From Oculatellaceae cyanobacterium bins.114 (GTDB lineage: Bacteria; Cyanobacteriota; Cyanobacteriia; Elainellales; Elainellaceae), in NCBI GenBank assembly GCA_033764315.1, contig JANRJA010000041.1, positions 11,050 to 75,049 on the forward strand: DNA of 64,000 nt, in the 5' to 3' direction. Within the stretch, counting starts at the first letter, position 1; every line of letters begins with the position of its first letter. The translations under genes and the position numbers were made by a program. The notes beneath the pieces were generated by a model. The model was not told where the DNA came from. It made no database searches and worked only from the letters and a program-made list of their open reading frames with translations. This document shows positions 31,001 through 38,749 of the stretch, one piece after another.

Positions 31001-34000
31001 AGCTCAAGCGATCGCTCTCTTTGCAGCACTCACCACCAGCGGGTTTCTCAGCCCCACAGACTTTGTGGATGGCAAACGGGCTGTCACTGAGCAATATCAG
31101 GGATTGAATGATCTGAGTAACCTCAATTTGAGTGATCTGGAGTTGCAAGAGCAGTTACGTCCTCACTGGGTTCAGGTTGATGCTCTATTAACTCGTTTGC
31201 GAGATGAACACAAAAATGCCCTGTTGGTTGAACTGGCTACCCTGTTTGACACTCAACCCGACGTGATGCAGGTGGTGTTTGCAGAATATGAGTCACTGAT
31301 GCAGCCGATTCAGTTCCTCACTGAAATGCAAACCTTGCAAACGCCAGGTTCAATCCTCTCAAACAACCTGATTGTCTATCTCAACACCCTGACCAAAGTG
31401 CTGACACTGGCAACTCGCTTTGGGTTGACGGCGGCTGAGTTAGCTGTGTTGTTCGATCATCCTGACTATTTTTCAGTCAACAGTGTGTTACAACCAGCGA
31501 TCGCCGATCTTAATAGTCTTTACCAGTTCAAAACGTTTAAAACCCTATACAGTGATACCCAGGGCAACCTGGTGCAACTGTTGCAAACGACCACCGCTTT
31601 AGATGCGACGCAGGCGATCGTGACGCTCACCGGGTGGGATGAGGAACAATTGCGCCGCTTACAAGTCTACTTTGGGTCAACTCGACTGTATAACCGTCTA
31701 GCGGATCTAGCACAACTCCAGCCCAGCATCGATCTGGCGCAGTCATTGCAAGTCGATGTTGACCTCTTGATTCAGTTGGTGTTGCCCCAGCAAACCTTCC
31801 AGGGCTTCCAACAGTTAGCAGCGGCACTGCTCAAGGTGCTTCAAGCTCAATATTCGACCGAGGATTGGCAAACGGTTTACAAGCCTATTCGCAATCAAAT
31901 CTCCGTCAGACGACGGGATGCTCTGCTAGGGTTGGCATTGCGGAAACTGGCTCAAAAAACAGGAGACAGACGCGATGCGGATCTGTTGTATGAATATTTT
32001 TTGGTTGATCCGCAAGTGGGCAGCGAAGTAGAAACATCGCGTATTCTCCAAGCGACTGCCAGCCTGCAACTGTATGTGCAGCGATGTCTGATGAATCTGG
32101 AAAAAGGGGTTGATCCGTCCAAAGTTCCCCTCAAGGAATGGGAGTGGATGAAAAACTATCGGGTGTGGGAGGCAAATCGCAAGGTCTTCTTATATCCCGA
32201 AAACTATATTGAGCCAGAGTTGCGTGATACTAAAACACCCCTGTTTGAAGAACTTGAGCAAGAGTTATTGCAATCAGATATCAACCAGCGATCCGTCGAG
32301 CGAGCTTACACTAATTACCTCGATAAGTTTGCTGAACTGGCAAACCTGCGGATTGTCGGCAGTTATCTCCGTAAGCTGTCAGACACCGAAAAAATTCTCT
32401 ATCTGATTGGACGCACCGATACTCAACCCCGCATTTACTACTACCGAGAGTTACATCTAGTAGACGAACAGCCCTCCCGCTGGCTCCCGTGGTACAAGAT
32501 CGATCTGACGATCAACTCTGATTACGTCACTCCTGTCTATGCCTTCGATCGCCTCTTTTTGTTTTGGGCGGAGATCACCAAAACCACGGAATCTTTTGAT
32601 GTGGATGGGACGCAACAGAGCCGCGATGTCTATGAACCGACGGTCAAATACTCGTACTACAACTTTAGTGAAGCCTGGGCACAACCCCAAACCTATCTCC
32701 AACTGGGGCGCAAGCTTGATCAAGCTACTATTCAGTTGCAACAGTGGCAACGGGTCAACGTGCAACGGGGCATCGTGCCGCGATCGCCCGATTCTTTAGG
32801 CAATAATTCCGGTGACGATAACACTGCTCAGCCTGTCAATGTTCTCAAAGTGGCCCGCAAGAACAACCAGGCAAACTTTGCGCTAGAGCGATCGGTTTAT
32901 TTTGACTCCAGTGACTCCACATGGAGCATTTGGGCGAAGTTGATCGACCAAGGGGTAGTATCTTCAAGTCTCCAATCAACAACCCTGGAGCTGTTTACTT
33001 ACACCAATGGTCAACTCGCTATTGCTGTCCTCGCGCAGCAAGCCGTGATCTCTTTACCAACCGCTAGCCTGACTCAAAAGGCGATCGAAAAGCCGCTGCT
33101 TGACAAGCTAAATCCAGTGTTTTTGCAAGCACGTCGGCTACTGAAAGCGTCAGAAGCTGCCATAGCTTTCATTGAAACTCGTCCTTCACTAGAGCGATCG
33201 TTTAATGAACTGAACTCGTTAGACCAGGCAACGACCCTGCTGAGAGAGGCCAACCAGCAATTTAGTCAAACCTTAAATGAGCTCCAGGTTGAGTTAGGAA
33301 CCACTCGAACTGAGGTATTGAGACGGATTGAGACAGAAATCACGTCTCTGGCTACAGGAATCGCCACTATGGCTCAACAAGTTCGACTACTCGTGACGGT
33401 TTCTTCTGAAGAAATTGATATCACTCGTCAAATTGTTTGGGTTGGTGAACAAACCAATCGACAGGTAGTGAAAATTTTACAAAACGTAGAAGATCAGCCC
33501 ACCAAAGCACAGTTTGTCTGGGGAACTCCATCCCTGACTCTGCAAGTCATACTGGGTGGTCGCCTCGTCCTTGAATCTCCAATGGAGTTTGGGAAATGGA
33601 CTCATATTGCCTTAACGTTTCAACCCCAATCCGATCGCTCAACTCTATGGCTCTGCACCACCAAACTGGGAGAACTATCCACAACCCAGGCTTGTGAAGT
33701 GTTTCTAGACCGATTGCCCACCACCGGATTACTCACCGTGGGCATACCCAATAAACCTGACCTCAGCTCAAGTGAGTTGGTCACGGCTCAACTGAGCGAG
33801 TTTCAACTGTGGTCTTATGCCCGAGATCAGGCCACCATTGTCGATGAGATGAGCCAGCGCAAAGACGGCAATGAGTTGGGTTTAATTTTGCATCTGCCGC
33901 TTGATACCGACGGGGGGAACGCCAATCTGGTGATCGAACCTTCCAATGCTGGGGGAAATGGGTTGTTCCTGCGGCGATCGCGCTTTAGTTTGCCTTATCA

Positions 34001-37000
34001 GATCAACGTTGATCAAGAGCGCATGCTGGTCTTTTATGGCGACACACTAGGCACTCTGCGGAATAACCTGGATGACCAGAGCTTTGGGCTGACTCTAGAG
34101 CGGCGCAACACTCAACCTCACTACGATGTCACCATTACTCAATCCAATCTGCACATTGTCACCACCGCAGGATTGAGCATGAATGACTTTGCGGCAGGAG
34201 GAGATACTCAAAGTCGAACAGCCGATGTCACCCTGGCAGGAACAACGTATAACTTGCGTAATTACAACCCTGAGTATTTGCGTTCGATTGTGATTACCTA
34301 TGATCGCTTGACTCAATCTGGTCAGCTTGTTCCCCCTGTTTTAACGACCTTGGTGAACGCCATCAACGCCTATTTGAATGAGACAATTAGTAGTAACAAC
34401 AACCTGCTGCAAAATCTGCCTGCGTTTGAATCAACCGTGTTTGATGTCAACAATCAACCGGGTTGGTACATTGTCAATACTAAAAATGAGCAGTTTTTGT
34501 TGATGGCAGAGCAACCCGCTAAAACCGTCGAAGAACGCTTGAAGTTTGAATATGGCAAGACTCAAACCCGTTCTGCGCCTCAACCGATTACGGTTTACTT
34601 TGATGCCGACCTATCCTTGCAAGTACCGGATCAAGCAACGCCTCCTGGCTTTAAGTTTAAGCTTGAGCGAATCAGCACCTATGCCATTCATAAGTTAAGC
34701 CAAAACCTGTTTAAAGGTGGATTAGATGCTCTCGTGAGCCGTCAATCTCAACTGACTCAGGAATGGAATTTTGGAGACTATCAACACAACCCCGAACGGG
34801 TTACACCGCCAAGCACCTATCAAGGTACGACCCCCGAAACCATTGACTTTAATGGTGCATATGGCGTTTATTACTGGGAGATTTTCTTCCATATTCCCTT
34901 TTTGATTGCCAATCGACTCAACGCCAATCAAAACTTTGCTGATGCTCAACGGTGGTATCACTATATTTTTGACCCCACCGCTCGCGAAACGGCCAGTCCT
35001 GGTCAACACCCCGGCGATCGCTACTGGCAGTTTGTCCCTTTCCGCAATCGTCAGTCAACCTCTCTAGCCGAACTGCTCACCAACTCAACGGCTCTAGCCG
35101 AATATCGCAACGACCCCTTTGACCCACATGCGATCGCCCGTTTGCGACTGGTCGCTTATCAAAAGGCGATTGTTATGAAATACATCGACAACTTGTTAGA
35201 TTGGGGCGATGCCCTGTTTACCCGCGATACCCGCGAGTCAATCAACGAAGCCACGATGCTTTATGTCTTGGGCTATAACCTTTTAGGGCAACGCCCCAAC
35301 GTTAAAACAGTCAAAGAGTTAAGGGAAGTAGGCACCTATGCTGATTTCTTAAAAGAACATGAGGCATTGGAGCAAGCCAACACCGATTTAATTCAACAAA
35401 ACAATCTCGACTTTGAGTTTTGGTCGGGTGATGAACGTACTCTGTTGAAAACCAATGGGGCAAATCCACACCGCCAGTTGATTACCAGTTTTTTGGTGCC
35501 TGAAAACGAAACGTTTATAGGGTATTGGGATCGGGTCGAAGATCGTCTCTACAAGATTCGCCATAGCCTCAATATCGAAGGAGTATTTCGACAACTAGCA
35601 CTGTTTGATCCACCCATTGATCCAATGGCATTGGTGCGAGCAGTTGCCGGAGGGCGTGATTTAGGTAGTGTGCTGAATGATGTCAATGCCCCTGTGCCTC
35701 ACTATCGATATGCCTATTTGCTAGAAAAAGCAAAAGAGATGGTGTCGTTTGTCACCGAGTTAGGTGGATCACTCCTAGAGGTGATCGAAAAGCGGGAAGC
35801 GGCTCAGCTAGAGGTGATGCTCAACACCCACGAACAGAGTATTCTCGATTTGACCACTCAGGTTAAACGGTGGGAACTGGATGGAGCGCAGAAACAGCTT
35901 GATCAGTTGCAGATCAATAAACAACGGACCGAAGACAAGAAGGAATACCTGACCAAACTGATTAATAATGATCTGTCAACTGAAGAGGAAGCCTCTCTAA
36001 CCCTCAAGGGACTGGCACAAGGTAGCCGCACAGTTGCATCAGTGTTGAAGTTTTTGGCATCTAATTTTTATGCGATTCCAGATGTGATTGCAGGTGCCGC
36101 AGGGGTTGCCTCACCCGTAGCATTGACTAAAGCAGGAGGTGAGGGCGTTGGTAATGTATTACAGGGCATCTCTGATGGCACAGAAATGGTAGCTGACGTT
36201 TTAGATACGGCGGCAGATATGACCGAAAAGATTGGCGAATACAAACGTCGCAAAGGAGAGTGGGAACAAGAGAAGAAAGTGGCTGAGTCTGAGTTGAGAG
36301 AAATAGATGTGCAAATTGCAGTAGCTCAAATTGAGTTGCAAAAAACTCAACGAGAGCTGTTATTACACCAAAAGGCAATCACTCAAAGCCAGGAAATTGC
36401 CACCTTCTATCGCAGCAAATTCTCTAATCAAACCCTCCATAATTGGATGATTGGACGCTTGTCAGCCCTCTACTTCCAGGCTTACAAACTGGCCTATGAT
36501 CTAGCAAAATCGGCTGAAAAAGCTCTGCAATTTGAGCTACCTACTACTGATACTTTCATCAGTTTTGGGCATTGGGATAGCCTCAAAAAAGGGTTGTTGG
36601 CGGGTGAGTCGCTGATGCTAGAACTCAACCGGATGAGCAAGTTCCACCTCGATCGCGACAGCCGCTTTTTAGAGATGGAAAAAACAATCTCCCTGAAAGT
36701 GTCTCCCAACTTGAGCGGTGAGCTACAAACGCTGAGTAATAAACTGAGTGACCTAAAGAGCAGTGGAGTTTGCGAGTTTAACTTGAGTGAGCGACTATTT
36801 GATGAAGACTATCCCGGTCACTATTGTCGCTTGCTCAAAACTATTTCCATTTCTATTCAGGTCAATTTTGAGGGTATGTCACCCGATGAACGTCGAGAAC
36901 TAGAGTTGCGATCGGTGAACGCAACCGTGATTCAGCGGAGTAACAAAACGCTGTTACAACCCGATATTAAGGGAGTAGAATATCTGCTGGGCAACCATGA

Positions 37001-37313
37001 CGAACAACCCAACGCCAGTATCTTGCGGGTCGATTGGCGAACCAATCAACAAATCGCCATCTCCAGAGCTGAGGAAAATAGCGGCACCTTTGGTAACTTT
37101 GATCTCAACATCTTATTTGACGATCGCTACTTTCCCTTTGAGGGCACTGGAGCCGTTTCTTCTTGGCGATTAGAGTTGCCCCAAGAAACCCCCAATCGCT
37201 TTCCCCTCGACAAGATCGATGATGTTGTGATTCGCTTGCGCTATACCGCCAAAACCGATAGTGGCAAATTTAAACAGGATGTGATCAAGCGACTAAAGTC
37301 ATCTGCTGAGTAG
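22005..37313 (+). CDS. Giant Tc-toxin subunit A-like protein (about 5,100 aa) with inserted LamG-like and beta-sandwich repeat arrays
   Basis: N-terminal VRP1/SpvA-like motif (SIFGPAAYFVDLL...RRPDL...PYVELVNELLE). LYEYFLVDPQV..VETSRI and WEWMKNYRVWEANRKVFLYPENY mark the ABC-toxin N-terminal/neuraminidase-like region. Also YYWEIFFHIP, YWDRVEDRLYKIRH, GLLAGESL and FDEDYPGHY, with RYFPFEGTGAVSSWRLELP for the TcB-binding domain. ATG at 22005 follows a GGAGAG RBS. Confidence 0.9.
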   Translation: MMSIDLQVATREVFERFRETYPELGSITAIAAQSEDSFVNAHIDKFEGGSREARQVYRLAVNLKQKADFLWLNIQDVFAAHLQQTLFNNLPTDLPDTFISHQAEIPAYKRLFGGFDVIEQEHCRSIFGPAAYFVDLLRFIEANITQKLSSIPAACQLNWRRPDLSRIRLDCNNAHELIPYVELVNELLETFVKTIETADQDAYEILKKEVFPMHLPYHLPLDEIRSYLKQLKTSLYQIYRIFERSPQTGSNTTSPNTGFQERMTGEALELSPEEFSLLVSELAAPLQVYGDVPLTGREGLENIDVFLEQTELTRKELNQLLFQDLDRHEINAGLSRLFFINNVNDGLGYLTIAVADSNAAITAVNAVASTAETNDYDKLLNLSLAKLDRIYRFLKLARKLNWSFADLDWALRSLHTPYIPETALLFDGVNDYVECRDVHNLDLSEFTLEAWINPTEPGRNVIISKGNEAEHQLHFMVWVDSANRLAFYGKLSTPGDIEIKSLSTIPVGVFTHVAVVVDEYYGTICLFINGDLVNIDVDINEPPDTEASSPIEQKDVQVARLGNRKIVSVGDDLYIGRDLYDEHFTGIIKEVRIWSNSRSQLEIQEYRYRRLTGQEQRLVAYWALTETPSNTLLDLTPNENHGVMGGAQFSTQPKWVQRDLVLDALSAGQGLRLNGVDDYLAAKGVNYGDLKEVTLEVWIKLEARSEKNTILFKGNKATGQSQFAVWINADGKLVFQSDSLAKPYTSEDSIPLGELTHIALALDQEGTSRKQILKIYFNGILDVQIYVDPADPDILPVTAQEGDRANSYLLVGRSVEGAYFNGVIRELRIWNQARTKDQIALYLYRPISAGEAGLIGYWRLDEIDISPDSIAPDLVTGVRHPLMLGGIAPDHAPDRITLSDRLLPPLPIAVSGTVLQFDGDNDVIVIHEAKRADQHNSKRWGLGQYDRFTLEFWFNAQEQALSDRQQVLFSQGDAEAGLSVYLLQHRLHVLVWTNNFEGNALQQSLFKSEPITYHQWYHLAIAQDEFPTPNGPDARPLPLEPIELRVYLNGNLLPTPSGTQTALGFRLSPVGVAYLGGLGERGITKFEDAYSAIEVEHLYFFSGQITDLRLWKIAKTAAQIESDRHVAPTTSPDLVAYFPTTETQGNEIKDCTENLANVDVGTLQSRNIAFVTNGSGIELENTFSHYVTPTVLTWSNYIYTGRIYIDSEAAAIGVTFLSQYPNHEARFYRLQRHAQRPQFHLVAHTYGFQPLTLVKEVEVIPQPNTWYRFRVRVEDINNQTEIKVQIWEDELDNIEPPEDAFQLQAIDTSSYRLTQGTVGVWAFGDGKKRFDRLKVERIAPIGLLGETLLTDSNFEPYDPPTDPSGWNHTSDRIDFQQNALLFKSVTLDGNQVLRTDQTLENMQSFYDLPEALTWSNYVYTGKIRFTATDSGAGVSVLSRYPDGKDQCYRLQRDRLKSKFYLDARPYGIQPITGTVESGVESRPEVWYRFRIEVRNTETTTSIKARVWEAGTNEPTTFQMDVTDTSPIRIQSGTVGVWASDSGSKYFDELQVVFLPNILLEENFAQYSLNQDPDFWVDTSTRINFDEVTPLFKAVADPTDAGNIVLGFTETGDRELNSAYSHYAKPTENPTVLTWTNYIYTGRFYVADLTGSIGVTVLSQFPNRQERCYRLGYDGNFSTTFQVVSVIPGDIASLSGKSDSGVVAQANTWFRFRIEVESNDTANQTRIRARIWQHGTPEPQVFQIDAFEAGDQRLKAGTVGIWVADLGLKLFDDLRVQRRILYSTNFGTTPVGQLPPDWQITKGNRAFKVVEVAGNRVLSTEQGQSNEIHAHLRSPETLTWSHYTYTGRFYIDSPSEIEAGKSIAKGGGIGVSFFSRYTATETNSLNRNRYYRMRVGAATGERTFGLRADPGGVTSDTNQRDTNIRVEVKTWYRFQVEVYNTATRTEMQAKVWKESDPMPEAFQMEGYDDSTPNLAQKLPGRVTSGTIGVWAEGEGIKYFDDLQVSEGMILFEEFAPLSLNQHPNNWVDTSIRHSFVPEPGLFKTIEVDGKTVFGTTSEKYSAHSHYTLPGEVLNWSNYTYMGKLRLTDANGGIGVTVLSRYPEDRDTYYRLSYGRTTQFNTFHLVAYPYTPVRLMGDTDSGITPALNVWYRFRMTVQDAGDRTTIKAKIWQDGHDEPVEYSIDAYDNSGNPGGNGTARLTSGTVGVWGAGQGSKFFDELAVFRHITVLEDFGNDASDTNPPQWRNVSARSLFATDLTLFATADVSDNTLHWTAVDNYPLLLRPLNQQALRFDGRGEYVAGALQQPLELTQFTVAAWIQLTGSPNPLVEQENPIVGLGGLTLAGQAVKLWFGITVGTEGQQHFKLSVSQVQDQTRLIDQTHPIPLGEFVYVAVQVDGDRVTFYLAGEQDFANEANVRKLQTPLALRVNRIEIGRDLGTRYFAGQIKELRLWNVARPLDGAIADRYQRPVVSRELVGYWAFNETQGTETRDASMSGNTLWLGDSVGARQPDLVDLTEADRGFWRSQRQVLGFNGTDQRVTLSDQGSGSARLRRTIEVWFRVEDKGIGDRKQVIYHEGDDQRGLNIYLFDGCLYFGGYNVSPIESDWQGTWIKTDRIQSGKWHHVALVLDGRAEVRPASFRAFLDGRSIDVSPGSQLWGDRPPSSMGGVSSKVRFHDGVSLDRPGHFFRGQILELRVWNTVRTATQIATYRMAELQGDEPFLALWWVFDGLTSTPNGVEILDMSGNRHTAIVESGQIQPIILPQRATLPETDLTAPVLDGLATIKQLQDQSNLSIDRLVALWYRIKHMGREDKTTLFDQVFNPKGIAGDARRNSEAARWEAYPIVRWGRLGQENLNRDRQIRTRLMGALQTSDADLNTIVESLSGLDPIIDLDSAYLNQLYRLARLSRLLGLGVNDLLRLMDWMQLQSVNSLSDVVQLVERADWLKLTGITVADLEFFASPVGGDRLLGITEATIRDVADSLIRQSRDFLVNGDSFVSNEISQAQAIALFAALTTSGFLSPTDFVDGKRAVTEQYQGLNDLSNLNLSDLELQEQLRPHWVQVDALLTRLRDEHKNALLVELATLFDTQPDVMQVVFAEYESLMQPIQFLTEMQTLQTPGSILSNNLIVYLNTLTKVLTLATRFGLTAAELAVLFDHPDYFSVNSVLQPAIADLNSLYQFKTFKTLYSDTQGNLVQLLQTTTALDATQAIVTLTGWDEEQLRRLQVYFGSTRLYNRLADLAQLQPSIDLAQSLQVDVDLLIQLVLPQQTFQGFQQLAAALLKVLQAQYSTEDWQTVYKPIRNQISVRRRDALLGLALRKLAQKTGDRRDADLLYEYFLVDPQVGSEVETSRILQATASLQLYVQRCLMNLEKGVDPSKVPLKEWEWMKNYRVWEANRKVFLYPENYIEPELRDTKTPLFEELEQELLQSDINQRSVERAYTNYLDKFAELANLRIVGSYLRKLSDTEKILYLIGRTDTQPRIYYYRELHLVDEQPSRWLPWYKIDLTINSDYVTPVYAFDRLFLFWAEITKTTESFDVDGTQQSRDVYEPTVKYSYYNFSEAWAQPQTYLQLGRKLDQATIQLQQWQRVNVQRGIVPRSPDSLGNNSGDDNTAQPVNVLKVARKNNQANFALERSVYFDSSDSTWSIWAKLIDQGVVSSSLQSTTLELFTYTNGQLAIAVLAQQAVISLPTASLTQKAIEKPLLDKLNPVFLQARRLLKASEAAIAFIETRPSLERSFNELNSLDQATTLLREANQQFSQTLNELQVELGTTRTEVLRRIETEITSLATGIATMAQQVRLLVTVSSEEIDITRQIVWVGEQTNRQVVKILQNVEDQPTKAQFVWGTPSLTLQVILGGRLVLESPMEFGKWTHIALTFQPQSDRSTLWLCTTKLGELSTTQACEVFLDRLPTTGLLTVGIPNKPDLSSSELVTAQLSEFQLWSYARDQATIVDEMSQRKDGNELGLILHLPLDTDGGNANLVIEPSNAGGNGLFLRRSRFSLPYQINVDQERMLVFYGDTLGTLRNNLDDQSFGLTLERRNTQPHYDVTITQSNLHIVTTAGLSMNDFAAGGDTQSRTADVTLAGTTYNLRNYNPEYLRSIVITYDRLTQSGQLVPPVLTTLVNAINAYLNETISSNNNLLQNLPAFESTVFDVNNQPGWYIVNTKNEQFLLMAEQPAKTVEERLKFEYGKTQTRSAPQPITVYFDADLSLQVPDQATPPGFKFKLERISTYAIHKLSQNLFKGGLDALVSRQSQLTQEWNFGDYQHNPERVTPPSTYQGTTPETIDFNGAYGVYYWEIFFHIPFLIANRLNANQNFADAQRWYHYIFDPTARETASPGQHPGDRYWQFVPFRNRQSTSLAELLTNSTALAEYRNDPFDPHAIARLRLVAYQKAIVMKYIDNLLDWGDALFTRDTRESINEATMLYVLGYNLLGQRPNVKTVKELREVGTYADFLKEHEALEQANTDLIQQNNLDFEFWSGDERTLLKTNGANPHRQLITSFLVPENETFIGYWDRVEDRLYKIRHSLNIEGVFRQLALFDPPIDPMALVRAVAGGRDLGSVLNDVNAPVPHYRYAYLLEKAKEMVSFVTELGGSLLEVIEKREAAQLEVMLNTHEQSILDLTTQVKRWELDGAQKQLDQLQINKQRTEDKKEYLTKLINNDLSTEEEASLTLKGLAQGSRTVASVLKFLASNFYAIPDVIAGAAGVASPVALTKAGGEGVGNVLQGISDGTEMVADVLDTAADMTEKIGEYKRRKGEWEQEKKVAESELREIDVQIAVAQIELQKTQRELLLHQKAITQSQEIATFYRSKFSNQTLHNWMIGRLSALYFQAYKLAYDLAKSAEKALQFELPTTDTFISFGHWDSLKKGLLAGESLMLELNRMSKFHLDRDSRFLEMEKTISLKVSPNLSGELQTLSNKLSDLKSSGVCEFNLSERLFDEDYPGHYCRLLKTISISIQVNFEGMSPDERRELELRSVNATVIQRSNKTLLQPDIKGVEYLLGNHDEQPNASILRVDWRTNQQIAISRAEENSGTFGNFDLNILFDDRYFPFEGTGAVSSWRLELPQETPNRFPLDKIDDVVIRLRYTAKTDSGKFKQDVIKRLKSSAE

Positions 37314-37366
37314 AGGAACTGGGAAATAGGGAAGGGGTGTGGGAACACCCCTTTTCTCAGCAACTC

Positions 37367-38647
37367 TCAACGACCCGGTAAAGGTTGTACTGCGCCGCAT
37401 TGCCGACAATGGGGCAAGTACTTATACGTCGGCTCATGACAAGTTGGACACTCTGTATATTGGTTGTAACCACAGTGAGGACAATGAACATCATGACGGC
37501 GAATGCGCTTTGCACACTTAATGCAACTCGAATTTTGAACTCGCTTAGCCGCTTGAATTTTAGGATTAAACGCAAATCGCTGAAAGAACTTAATGATGCC
37601 AAATCCAATCAGAGGGATGAGCAAAATATAGAGATAGCTGACTAAAAATAGTAAACCACCCAATAGGGTGCTGACAGCGTTGACGATCAGTTCAAAAAAT
37701 GCCCCGACTTGTAGAAATTCAAACGCTTTAAAGACCAGTGGAATGAAGAAAATGACTAATAGATGCCAGCTGATCAGAGCAACTAACCCATACCCTCGAC
37801 GTTGGGATTGGTGATGCACAAACCCCGTAAATACAATCAGCGGCAGTAGAAAGAGCACCTGAAATGAAAGCTGAATGCTGGGATACCAAAAGGAGTCATG
37901 GTCATACTCTGCCTGCACTGTCTGAAATTGCCCATCATCCTTTAAAAAATTCAAGAAAGTAGTGCTTTCAGGCTTGTTAATCAAATCAGTCCGAAGTGCG
38001 TCACTTTCTGCTTTTAATGTGGCAATTTGACGAGCATTTTGGTCGAGGGTTTCTTTAACTCTGGCGGCTTCAACGGGGTTAATAGATTGTTCACGGGGTT
38101 GCCCTGCAATCTCTTCTAGCAGGGTTGAGTCATATTGAGCCCGCAGATTGCGATTGGCATCTTCTAAAGTGGCAATTTGGCTCTGCTTTTGATCAACCGT
38201 CTGAATAATTTGTTGGTTATCCGAATTGACGATCGGATCGGCATAACTAGCATAGGTTAGACAGATTTGTGAGACAGTGCCTAAATGACCGTTTTCAGCA
38301 TCGGTATAGGTTTGTCGCAAACTGGGTTGACCCGTAGGAGCACTAGTAGGAGCAGCGATCGCCCGCAAGATATCGTAGCCTTTAGAGGCTGTGGTTTGGG
38401 CACGGTAGTCATTCCAACTGGTATAGCAGGGATGTACCTGCCAGGGGCTGAGATACCACTGGCTAATATCACTTAGCCCAGAGAAGACATTAACCAGAAT
38501 AAAAATATCAATCAAAACAAGAACAATCAAACTCACCTTGTTGAGGGGTTCATTGTTGATTGTTCTAGACTTACTGAAAAATTGTCTGACGAGACGACGG
38601 ATTCTGTTTAGCATAGGAGTTGAGCTAACACCAAGGAGTAGCGACAT
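37367..38647 (-). CDS. Membrane protein with extracytoplasmic coiled coil and C-terminal double zinc ribbon
   Basis: One N-terminal TM, a coiled coil, about 3 TMs, then CIKC/CPHC/CPTC/CRQC. The start could be 38614. Confidence 0.8.
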   Translation of the reverse strand: MSLLLGVSSTPMLNRIRRLVRQFFSKSRTINNEPLNKVSLIVLVLIDIFILVNVFSGLSDISQWYLSPWQVHPCYTSWNDYRAQTTASKGYDILRAIAAPTSAPTGQPSLRQTYTDAENGHLGTVSQICLTYASYADPIVNSDNQQIIQTVDQKQSQIATLEDANRNLRAQYDSTLLEEIAGQPREQSINPVEAARVKETLDQNARQIATLKAESDALRTDLINKPESTTFLNFLKDDGQFQTVQAEYDHDSFWYPSIQLSFQVLFLLPLIVFTGFVHHQSQRRGYGLVALISWHLLVIFFIPLVFKAFEFLQVGAFFELIVNAVSTLLGGLLFLVSYLYILLIPLIGFGIIKFFQRFAFNPKIQAAKRVQNSSCIKCAKRIRRHDVHCPHCGYNQYTECPTCHEPTYKYLPHCRQCGAVQPLPGR

Positions 38648-38749
38648 AGGTGCGATCGCTTTCCTATGCTATCTGGCTTTGTGGCTCAAGTCGTTTAAGA
38701 GCGACGCTATCTCATCTGGCACACTTCCCCTCAACGCCATCCTAAGCTC

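Noticed and set aside
22231-36709. Many 60-190 aa ORFs overlapping the giant gene, as hidden TcB/TcC or immunity genes
   Set aside because: These are antisense or alternative-frame shadows with no RHS/YD or SpvB motifs.
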